Shown here: positions 9,086 to 14,838 of the stretch, piece after piece
Layout of the letters: every line of letters starts with the position of its first letter
Position numbering within the stretch: position 1 is the first letter of the stretch
Assembly: GCA_963665865.2 (NCBI GenBank)
Contig: CAXXWF010000001.1
Span: 3,299,077 to 3,323,076, forward strand
Direction: 5' to 3'
Source of the DNA: Syntrophomonadaceae bacterium
GTDB lineage: Bacteria > Bacillota > Syntrophomonadia > Syntrophomonadales > Syntrophomonadaceae
Length of the DNA stretch: 24,000 bases
The notes under the pieces: model-generated
Databases searched by the model: none
Told to the model about the DNA's origin: nothing
What the model saw: the letters and a program-made list of their open reading frames with translations, nothing else
Position numbers and translations under genes: made by a program

Positions 9086-10105
9086 ATGGCTATATTAGTT
9101 ACCGGCGGAATAGGATATATAGGCAGTCATACCTGCGTGGAACTTCTTAATGCAGGTTATGAGATTATAGTCTGCGATAACTTTTCCAACTCTAAACCCG
9201 AGGTAATCAACCAAATAAAACAGATCACTGGCAGGGATTTTCTTTTTTTTGAAGCGGATATTCTTGATCGCTGTGCCCTGGAACAGTTATTCGCTGATAA
9301 TCCCATAGATGCCGTTGTGCATTTTGCAGGCCTTAAAGCAGTAGGCGAATCAGTCGCTAAACCTTTGCTCTATTATCACAATAACGTGGCAGGTTCCCTG
9401 ATACTCTTCCAGACCATGGCCCAGTTCGGGGTTAAACATCTAGTCTTCAGCTCCTCCGCCACCGTTTACGGCGATCCTGCCAGCGTACCTATTACTGAAG
9501 ATTTTTCCCTGGCTGCCACCAATCCCTATGGGCAGACTAAACTGGTTATCGAAAACATCCTGCGCGACCTGTACTTCTCTGACCAGAGTTGGAGTATTGC
9601 CCTGCTCAGATATTTTAACCCCATTGGAGCTCACCAGAGCGGCCTCATTGGAGAAGACCCCAATGGTATTCCTAACAACCTGATGCCCTACATAACGCGG
9701 GTAGCCGCTGGCCAGCTGGAAGTCCTCAATATATTTGGCAATGACTATCCCACCCTGGATGGAACCGGGGTGCGGGATTATATCCATGTTGTCGACCTTA
9801 GTCTGGGACATATTAAAGCCCTGCAAAAAATCATGTCCAGCAACGGGGTATTCACCTACAACCTAGGCACCGGCCAGGGTTACAGCGTACTCCAGGTCAT
9901 CTCGACTTTCGAACAGGCCACTGGGCAAAAATTGAACTGGCGGATGGCTCCTCGCCGTTCCGGAGATATAGCCCAATGCTATGCTGATCCGTCCCTGGCG
10001 AAAACTGAGCTGGGGTGGGAAGCCCACCGTAGCCTAACTGAAATGTGTGCTGATTCCTGGGAGTTTGCCCGGAGGGAGGCAAGTGAGGCACGGGGCCGGT
10101 TCTAG
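9086..10105 (+). CDS. galE: UDP-glucose 4-epimerase
   Basis: 339 aa. Rossmann motif MAILVTGGIGYIGSHTCVELL. Also SSSATVYG, the YGQTK catalytic YxxxK, LRYFNPIGAH and DGTGVRDYIHVVDL. GGAGG RBS upstream of the ATG. Confidence 0.95.
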   Translation: MAILVTGGIGYIGSHTCVELLNAGYEIIVCDNFSNSKPEVINQIKQITGRDFLFFEADILDRCALEQLFADNPIDAVVHFAGLKAVGESVAKPLLYYHNNVAGSLILFQTMAQFGVKHLVFSSSATVYGDPASVPITEDFSLAATNPYGQTKLVIENILRDLYFSDQSWSIALLRYFNPIGAHQSGLIGEDPNGIPNNLMPYITRVAAGQLEVLNIFGNDYPTLDGTGVRDYIHVVDLSLGHIKALQKIMSSNGVFTYNLGTGQGYSVLQVISTFEQATGQKLNWRMAPRRSGDIAQCYADPSLAKTELGWEAHRSLTEMCADSWEFARREASEARGRF

Positions 10106-10127
10106 TGCCTCACTTGCCTCCCTCCGG
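10069..10127. repeat. Perfect 22-bp inverted repeat with a conserved 15-nt loop, overlapping the galE 3' end (copy 1 of a hairpin family)
   Basis: CCGGAGGGAGGCAAGTGAGGCA (10069-10090) is the exact reverse complement of 10106-10127. The loop is CGGGGCCGGTTCTAG and contains the galE stop codon. The core GAGGCA-nGGGGnCGGTTCTnn-TGCCTC recurs at 10957-10994 and 23722-23747. Confidence 0.85.
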
Positions 10128-10342
10128 TGATTAACTTAATTCAGGTAGCTTTATTGAACCTACTTGCCTGATTGCCGACTTATTGCAGCCCCTTTTATCA
10201 AAACCTCCGCTTTTGCTTTGCCCCTCTCTTTTTGCCCCCTGGTTCCATTTGCCCGGTTTTCGCAGATCCATTCGTTCCGGATTAAACTACACAAGGAGGT
10301 CATAACAGGCTTCCAAATCCAATTGAACGGAGGTGTAAACCG

Positions 10343-10567
10343 ATGGCAGTTACTGCTACTTCTGTAACCACTGATCTGATTCTGGTAATGGACAACGGAC
10401 TCGGTGCATCCGGGCAGCCCCTTAGTCAGAACCGCATTTACAAAAATGTGAAGATCAGTGCTACCAATGAAGACGTCTACGCAGTTGCCCAGTCCCTGAT
10501 CGGGCTGCAGAGTAAGACCAACAATGCCATTCAGCGCAGAAACGTGGTTGAACTCGAGTCTGTATAA
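10343..10567 (+). CDS. DUF1659-like small protein (74 aa)
   Basis: GGAGGTG RBS 7 nt upstream. The sequence pattern ...NGLGASGQPLSQNRIYKNVKISATNEDVYAVAQSLIGLQ... fits my recollection of the DUF1659 family. It is paired with a DUF2922-like gene, as is typical in Firmicutes. Confidence 0.7.
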   Translation: MAVTATSVTTDLILVMDNGLGASGQPLSQNRIYKNVKISATNEDVYAVAQSLIGLQSKTNNAIQRRNVVELESV

Positions 10568-10609
10568 TCCAGGGTTAAGTAAACTATTCTAAGAAAGGAG
10601 GTCCTGCAG

Positions 10610-10834
10610 ATGGCAGCTGTAAGAGTCCTGGAAATGGACTTTAACACCGAGCTGGGCCGTACCCAGCGCATCCGGGTTTATGATGCCAAAGATCCGCTGA
10701 CCAGCGCCGAAGTGGCTCTTGCCATGGATGACATCATCGCCAAAAACATTTTTACCGGCACAGGCGGCAACCTAACCGGCAAGATAGAGGCCCGTCTGGT
10801 AATCACTGACAGCTCCGATATAGTCCTTGTCTAA
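10610..10834 (+). CDS. DUF2922-like small protein (74 aa)
   Basis: AAGGAGG RBS. The pattern LEMDFNTELGRTQRIRVYDAKDPLTSAEVALAMDDIIAKNIFTGTGGNLTGKIEARLV matches the DUF2922 pattern recalled from memory (small, Firmicutes-restricted, downstream of DUF1659). Confidence 0.7.
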   Translation: MAAVRVLEMDFNTELGRTQRIRVYDAKDPLTSAEVALAMDDIIAKNIFTGTGGNLTGKIEARLVITDSSDIVLV

Positions 10835-10839
10835 GGTAT

Positions 10840-10910
10840 GGGGACACACCGAAATTAAGGTTTTGGGACACACCTCTTCGGGGAATGTCCCTTGGGTAAG
10901 GAATGTCCCC
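10840..10910 (+). repeat. Nested GGGACA/TGTCCC repeat structure in the 3' UTR of the DUF2922-like gene
   Basis: GGGACACACC occurs at 10841-10850 and 10865-10874. GGAATGTCCC occurs at 10882-10891 and 10900-10909. The outer pair GGGGACA (10840-10846) / TGTCCCC (10904-10910) encloses the inner pair GGGACA (10865-10870) / TGTCCC (10886-10891). Confidence 0.6.
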
Positions 10911-10933
10911 GTAAAAGAACTCGGGAATCAATA

Positions 10934-10955
10934 GGGGCGGGATCATTCCCGCCCC
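10934..10955 (+). terminator. GC-rich hairpin, first of two tandem stem-loops after the DUF2922-like gene
   Basis: GGGGCGGGA, loop tcat, TCCCGCCCC: a perfect 9-bp stem. It has no U tract of its own and is immediately followed by the next hairpin. Confidence 0.45.
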
Positions 10956-10956
10956 T

Positions 10957-10994
10957 AAAACGAGGCAGGGGGCGGTTCTGGTGCCTCGTTTTTT
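10957..10994 (+). terminator. Rho-independent terminator (copy 2 of the conserved-loop hairpin family)
   Basis: AAAACGAGGCA, loop GGGGGCGGTTCTGG, TGCCTCGTTTTTT. The stem carries a 6-T tail. The A tract upstream allows bidirectional use. Confidence 0.75.
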
Positions 10995-11050
10995 CTTACT
11001 AACCACCCATGGCCATAGGCCACAAGCACCCATGAAAATCAAACAGTAAT

Positions 11051-11130
11051 GTCATCCTGAACGAAGTGAAGGATCTTATCGCCAAATATGCTATTCTCCA
11101 AAGGAGATCCTTCGTTGTAATCAGGATGAC
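11051..11130. repeat. Long imperfect palindrome between convergent genes (possible bidirectional terminator)
   Basis: GTCATCCTGA...GAAGGATCT (11051-11079) pairs with AGATCCTTC...TCAGGATGAC (11103-11130). U-rich sequence follows the structure on both strands. Confidence 0.5.
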
Positions 11131-11207
11131 ACGAACGTCATTTTCTTATTAAAGCGTATAAAAAGCGAGGCTCCAGAACTTTACGCCATGGGTCGCTGTC
11201 GCCGTGA

Positions 11208-11804
11208 CTACTTTTCTTCTTTGTCTTCATGATCCGTAATCGCCTCTTCGATATGTTCCAGGCGTCGTTCAATACCCTTGATGGTGCGGTGCAAATAGAT
11301 GCCTGCCTCCACGAATACTTTTTCCCCCGAATCAGGGGATTTCTCACTCTGCAGCATCTCCAGCAGACGCTGTCCCATATGCTGACACTGCAGTACGGTG
11401 CTACGCTTGCTTAAAACCTCGATTTGTCGTGGTCCCGGCAAAGGCACCAGACAGCTCCGTTCTCCGTCGGCTGCCACCTCGCCCATAAAACGCACATCAA
11501 CATATCCGTAAACCATATCCTTGGGCGCCAACACTTTCCTCATTTTCAAAGGGATGAAGACCCGATCATTCCCCAGATAAAAAGGCATTACCCCGTGTCG
11601 CTTCAGCCGCGTCTCCATACTCTTGCGCTGGGCGGTCAAATCAACTGCATATATACGGGCTAGGGCCATAAGCACCGAACGCATTCCTCGTGAATCCACC
11701 CTTTCCCCCTCGCGCAGCAGGATGCGGGTTGCATTCCCCGTATCAGTATAAACAGGCTGTAAAGCAATAATCTCATCCTTTATTTTTTCCAAGTGGGCTG
11801 CCAA
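11208..11804 (-). CDS. comK: ComK-like transcription factor (competence protein ComK family candidate)
   Basis: 198 aa, TTG start with GGAGGAG upstream. The segment GVMPFYLGNDRVFIPLKMRKVLAPKDMVYGYVDVRFM...IEVLSKRSTVLQCQHMGQRLL aligns by eye with B. subtilis ComK ...PPIMVDPSNQIFLFPTLSSTRPQCGWISHVHVKEF...ISYNSFENQVYRTAWL. Similarity is remote and not verified. Confidence 0.5.
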   Translation of the reverse strand: MAAHLEKIKDEIIALQPVYTDTGNATRILLREGERVDSRGMRSVLMALARIYAVDLTAQRKSMETRLKRHGVMPFYLGNDRVFIPLKMRKVLAPKDMVYGYVDVRFMGEVAADGERSCLVPLPGPRQIEVLSKRSTVLQCQHMGQRLLEMLQSEKSPDSGEKVFVEAGIYLHRTIKGIERRLEHIEEAITDHEDKEEK

Positions 11805-12085
11805 TTTTGCACTCCTCCTCTTTACTGCATTCTCCTCCCCAGCAGGGATTTTTCACTTTGGCCATAAAGGTCAAAAAAAATTTCCCCATTAGCAATCTGG
11901 CAGGAAAAATGGTTAATTTCATTCACTTAAATCCACTACTTCTGCTACAAATTTGCATTTAGATGTTCTCAATATATTCCAGCAGAAATAGTTTTGTGAT
12001 GGGAGACATTACTGGCTGCTTAAGTGTTCGCTTGGTACGATTCATAGTAAATGCGGCTCTGCTATTAGGTTATCTTTCCTAAAAA

Positions 12086-12094
12086 TGTTAAAAT
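12086..12094 (+). promoter_or_regulatory. Candidate extended -10 promoter (TGTTAAAAT) for the VanZ-like gene
   Basis: TGTTAAAAT lies 50 nt upstream of the RBS-supported ATG at 12144. It overlaps the alternative ATG at 12093, which argues against that start. Confidence 0.35.
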
Positions 12095-12143
12095 GACAAA
12101 TGTGAGACAGGGGAAGGTCACTTTGACAGGAGGAGATAGGTCA

Positions 12144-12548
12144 ATGCAGAAGAGATGGATCTGGTGGGTGGCGGCAATCATTTTTGGGGTGGCTTTCTAT
12201 GTCTTTACAGCCTCTCCCGTTTCCAATGCTGAGCATACCTTGCTGCTGCTTAGAAGACTAAATTTTTCTGCCCAGGAACTAAAATGGCTGAGTAAAATAG
12301 TCCGCAAGGCAGCTCATCTTTTGGCCTATGCAGTCTTGGCCATAAGCTTGAGAAATGCAATAAAACCTCACCCCTGGACCTATCCAGCGGCCTGGTTCCT
12401 GGCCACCCTCTATGGGGTTGGAGATGAAATACACCAGATCTATGTGCCCGGACGTACTCCATTGTTTAGGGATGTAATGATTGATTCCCTGGGAGCGGCC
12501 CTAGGACTGTTGATAATCTGCTGGAGACACAGGAACCGTGTACAATGA
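12144..12548 (+). CDS. VanZ-like family membrane protein
   Basis: The track ORF is 12093..12548. I prefer the ATG at 12144 (MQKRWIWWVAAIIFGV...) because GGAGGAG lies 8 nt upstream. There are four hydrophobic helices. VanZ-like motifs are KAAHLLAYAVLAISL and GVGDEIHQIYVPGRTPLFRDVMIDSLGAALGLL. Confidence 0.8.
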   Translation: MQKRWIWWVAAIIFGVAFYVFTASPVSNAEHTLLLLRRLNFSAQELKWLSKIVRKAAHLLAYAVLAISLRNAIKPHPWTYPAAWFLATLYGVGDEIHQIYVPGRTPLFRDVMIDSLGAALGLLIICWRHRNRVQ

Positions 12549-12585
12549 CGGTGCCTCTTATATTGCGATGTAGTAAATTGATGTG

Positions 12586-12638
12586 AAATAACTCGGGGTC
12601 TGTGAACTGAACCTCAGTTATTAGACCCCGAGTTATTT
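12586..12638. terminator. Bidirectional terminator hairpin between the convergent VanZ-like and CorC/HlyC genes
   Basis: AAATAACTCGGGGTCT (12586-12601) is the perfect reverse complement of AGACCCCGAGTTATTT (12623-12638). The loop has an inner CTGA/TCAG stem. A and T tracts flank it. It overlaps the CorC stop codon. Confidence 0.7.
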
Positions 12639-13944
12639 AATCCTTTTGTTTCTTATGTACTTTGACTAGGGCGACTCGTTTCTCCTCGACTTCCTCCACT
12701 TGAAAAACCAGATCATTAAACTCAATGATCGGTTTATCCTGAGGGCCGGGTATCCAGCCCAGGTTGCCAATCAAAAACCCGCTCAGGGTTTCATATTCCT
12801 CGGTAGGCAGTTTGACCTGCAGATAATTCTCTACCGCATCTAAACTGACTGCGCCATTAATCATAAAAGTGTTTTCATCTAGCTTATCGAAATCTTTTTC
12901 TTCCTCATCATATTCATCAAAGATGTTGCCGACTATCTCTTCAATTAGATCCTCAATCGTAACCATGCCAGCCGTGCCGCCATATTCATCTATAATGATG
13001 GCTATATGAGTGTTATTTCTCTGTAATTCCCTGAACAGCTGATCCGTTCGCTTGGACTCAGCTACAAAATATGGCGGTCTGATCATCTGGTTCAGCGCAA
13101 AATTGTCCCGCTTACTATCATCAGATAAGATACCAATCAAGTCTTTAGAGTAAAGCACCCCAATGATATTGTCCAGACTGTCATGGTATACCGGGATGCG
13201 TGAATATTTCTCACTATTAACAAAGCCAATCACCGCGTTTAGATCTGCCTCAACCGGCAGAGCAGCCATATCGATTCTATGGGTCATTATTTGACCCACC
13301 GTTTTGTTGTTAAACTCAAATATATTATTAATCATTAGCTTCTCAATTTCATGAATAGCCCCTCGTTCTTCACCGATATCCACCATCATCCGAATTTCTT
13401 CTTCTGTAACCTTCTCATCCTCATCTTCGGGGTCAAACCCCAGTAACCGTATGAAAAAGTTGGTCGACAAGGTAAGCAGCTTTACAAAAGGTGCAGTTAG
13501 CGATGATAAAACATTCAGGGTTCCCACCGCCAAGAAGGCCATAGCTTCCGATTTTTTCATGGCCAGCCGCTTAGGTACCAATTCACCAAAAACCAGTGTG
13601 AAGTAGGAGAGTATGATGGTTATTAAAATCATGGAGACAGTTTTGAGCCAGGTATCGGGAACTGATATCCCGCTAAGTTTTATTAGATAAACCATCGAAT
13701 CGGCAAAATTGGCAGAGGCAAAGGCACTGGCCAGAAATCCCGCCAGGGTAATCCCAATTTGAATGGTCGCTAAGAAACGGCTCGGTTCATCCAACAAATT
13801 CTTAACTAACCTAGCCTTCTTATCGCCTTTATCAACCAGCACCCTTATCTTATTATCATTCAAGGAAATTAAGGCAACTTCAGATGCCGCAAAAAAAGCG
13901 TTCAAAATGATCAATATTACTAAAAATAAAATTGAGGTTAACAT
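12637..13944 (-). CDS. HlyC/CorC-family (CNNM-type) transporter: DUF21 membrane domain, CBS pair and CorC_HlyC C-terminal domain
   Basis: The track ORF extends to 13968. I prefer the ATG at 13942-13944 (MLTSILFLVILIILNAFFAASEVALISL...) because GGGGAG lies 5 nt upstream and the predicted promoter leaves almost no leader for 13968. DUF21 motif FGELVPKRLA. The CBS region includes VGQIMTHRIDM and IPVYHDSLDNIIGVLYSKDL, plus IIDEYGGTAGMVTIEDLIEEIVG, and there is a C-terminal transporter-associated domain. Confidence 0.9.
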   Translation of the reverse strand: MLTSILFLVILIILNAFFAASEVALISLNDNKIRVLVDKGDKKARLVKNLLDEPSRFLATIQIGITLAGFLASAFASANFADSMVYLIKLSGISVPDTWLKTVSMILITIILSYFTLVFGELVPKRLAMKKSEAMAFLAVGTLNVLSSLTAPFVKLLTLSTNFFIRLLGFDPEDEDEKVTEEEIRMMVDIGEERGAIHEIEKLMINNIFEFNNKTVGQIMTHRIDMAALPVEADLNAVIGFVNSEKYSRIPVYHDSLDNIIGVLYSKDLIGILSDDSKRDNFALNQMIRPPYFVAESKRTDQLFRELQRNNTHIAIIIDEYGGTAGMVTIEDLIEEIVGNIFDEYDEEEKDFDKLDENTFMINGAVSLDAVENYLQVKLPTEEYETLSGFLIGNLGWIPGPQDKPIIEFNDLVFQVEEVEEKRVALVKVHKKQKD

Positions 13945-13977
13945 TACTTCTCCCCTATCGGCAGCCATCTATTGTTT

Positions 13978-14006
13978 ATCTTAGAACACCCTGACCTACA
14001 CGTCAA
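13978..14006 (-). promoter_or_regulatory. Sigma-A-type promoter for the CorC/HlyC gene
   Basis: On the minus strand: TTGACG (14006-14001), 17 nt, TAAGAT (13983-13978). Confidence 0.5.
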
Positions 14007-14076
14007 TAAACAGGGTACCCTGCGGCAACTGCATCAATAACTCAGGGTCTGACCCATAGTTTTTGATCCAAAGTTA

Positions 14077-14106
14077 TTTACATTGAATTAGAGAGTATAG
14101 TATAAT
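14077..14106 (+). promoter_or_regulatory. Sigma-A-type promoter driving the c-di-GMP-I riboswitch transcript
   Basis: TTTACA (14077-14082), 18 nt, TATAAT (14101-14106). The aptamer begins about 25 nt downstream. Confidence 0.55.
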
Positions 14107-14130
14107 AATGGAAAATATAATTGTATAAAT

Positions 14131-14228
14131 GGCCTTGAAGGGCAAACTTGTCGAAAGATAAGGACGCAAAACCAAAGGGTCTAAGTCGTTTTTGACGATA
14201 TGACAGCCGGGTTGCTAGAGATCATGCC
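14131..14228 (+). promoter_or_regulatory. c-di-GMP-I (GEMM-I) riboswitch aptamer
   Basis: The sequence is GAAGGGCAAACUUGUCGAAAGAUAAGGACGCAAAACCAAAGGGUCUAAGUCG...CGAUAUGACAGCCGGGUUGC. It carries the class-I signatures GGGCAAAC, a GAAA-capped hairpin (UUGUC/GAUAA) and GGACGCAAA(A/G)CC. It also has a tetraloop-receptor-like UCUAAG...UAUGA and GCCGGGUUGC. These align by eye with the V. cholerae Vc2 aptamer as I recall it. Confidence 0.85.
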
Positions 14229-14237
14229 TTAAGTAGG

Positions 14238-14285
14238 AATCTCCTTAAAAGGTATGGTTATGAGATTTTAAGGAGGTTTTTTGTT
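14238..14285 (+). terminator. Expression-platform hairpin of the c-di-GMP-I riboswitch (terminator-like; also sequesters the RBS)
   Basis: AAUCUCCUUAAAA (14238-14250) pairs with UUUUAAGGAGGUU (14266-14278): 13 bp including one G-U. UUUUGUUG follows. The right arm contains the AAGGAGG RBS of the GTG start at 14286. Confidence 0.6.
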
Positions 14286-14564
14286 GTGGATTTTAGCTGT
14301 ATTGTTCCCAGAATCATAAAGGAAAGTGTAGCCGTATTCAAGGACACAAGCATAGAAGAAATTAAGAATATTCTAATCTTAAAAGAAGAATTAATAGCAG
14401 TCGGGTATAATCCCAATGAGGTCAATTACATGATTGCAACCTTTAGTAATAACGTGGATATTGCTAAGCTTAATTCTAAACAGCTTAAGAAAACTGAAGA
14501 ACGATTAAAAGAACAGCTGTCTATCGCCAGAGAATGTATAGCATTCATCCGAGACCCCCAATAG
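14286..14564 (+). CDS. Hypothetical 92-aa protein, the only cargo of the c-di-GMP-I riboswitch
   Basis: GTG start 9 nt after AAGGAGG. Predicted to be soluble, helical and charged (…LKKTEERLKEQLSIARECIAFIRDPQ). I recognise no family. A terminator overlaps its stop codon. Confidence 0.6.
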   Translation: MDFSCIVPRIIKESVAVFKDTSIEEIKNILILKEELIAVGYNPNEVNYMIATFSNNVDIAKLNSKQLKKTEERLKEQLSIARECIAFIRDPQ

Positions 14565-14579
14565 GGGCCTCATTTTTTG
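14551..14579 (+). terminator. Rho-independent terminator after the 92-aa ORF
   Basis: GAGACCCC, loop caata, GGGGCCTC (one A-C mismatch), followed by ATTTTTT. Confidence 0.5.
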
Positions 14580-14604
14580 CCTTCTTACGGAAAATAACCC
14601 GTTC

Positions 14605-14838
14605 TTATTTAATGATTATATTCTGAATAGATTCAGCTTTGGCCGTTCCCGTTGCGTTGTACTTGGTCAGTACAAAGCGGTATGTACCTTTAGTGCTGCC
14701 CGCAGGAAGTGTAAGATTTGCTGCTCCTCCCGAAATGCTCACCGGTTGGTTCGCCTGGCCAGAAACATTTGCATAGGAGATGCCATATTTTTGTTGGAGG
14801 GTGGATTGCACGTTCCCGGTACCCAGAATTTGAATGGG
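14605..14838 (-). other. Out-of-frame C-terminal continuation (about 77 codons) of the GLUG-repeat gene
   Basis: The frame of track ORF 14605..14811 stays open upstream to 14868. From 14838 it reads PIQILGTGNVQSTLQQKYGISYANVSGQ...TYRFVLTKYNATGTAKAESIQNIIIK. This joins naturally to ...AAAVSVPIT of the 1010-aa ORF if the C4 run (plus-strand GGGG, 14836-14839) is read as C5. The annotated tail of the 1010-aa ORF (PFKFWVPGTCNPPSNKNMASPMQMFLARRTNR) looks like out-of-frame sequence. Confidence 0.7.

Noticed and set aside
10164-10367. 67-aa ORF in the galE to DUF1659 spacer, and the TTGCC-rich pyrimidine tract at 10164-10253
   Set aside because: There is no RBS, the translation is low-complexity and hydrophobic, and it overlaps the well-supported DUF1659 start. 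The TTGCC words have irregular spacing (5-31 nt), so I could not support a repeat array or operator.
10840-10910. Possible CRISPR-like or mini-array interpretation of the GGGACA repeats
   Set aside because: There are only two copies of each 10-mer, in inverted arrangement. The spacers are 8-14 nt and no cas genes are present. This is a nested hairpin, not a CRISPR array.
10803-11042. 79-aa minus-strand ORF across the hairpin-rich region
   Set aside because: Its sequence is dictated by the palindromic GGGACA/TGTCCC and terminator hairpins. There is no RBS. The region is better explained as structured non-coding sequence.
11138-11347. 69-aa minus-strand ORF overlapping the 3' end of the ComK-like gene
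   Set aside because: It is an alternative frame of a longer supported CDS, with no independent evidence.
12093-12143. Upstream ATG (12093) extending the VanZ-like ORF by 17 codons, and the analogous 8-codon extension of the CorC gene (13945-13968)
   Set aside because: In both cases the downstream ATG has a strong, correctly spaced RBS. In both cases the upstream ATG overlaps or abuts the predicted promoter.
12586-14050. A 15-mer, AATAACTC(G/A)GGGTCT, at both ends of the CorC/HlyC gene (12587-12601 plus its inverted copy, and 14036-14050) as possible mobile-element termini
   Set aside because: The enclosed gene is an ordinary housekeeping transporter with no transposase and no target-site duplication visible. 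Shared terminator-like or REP-like sequence is more likely. This needs genome-wide counting.
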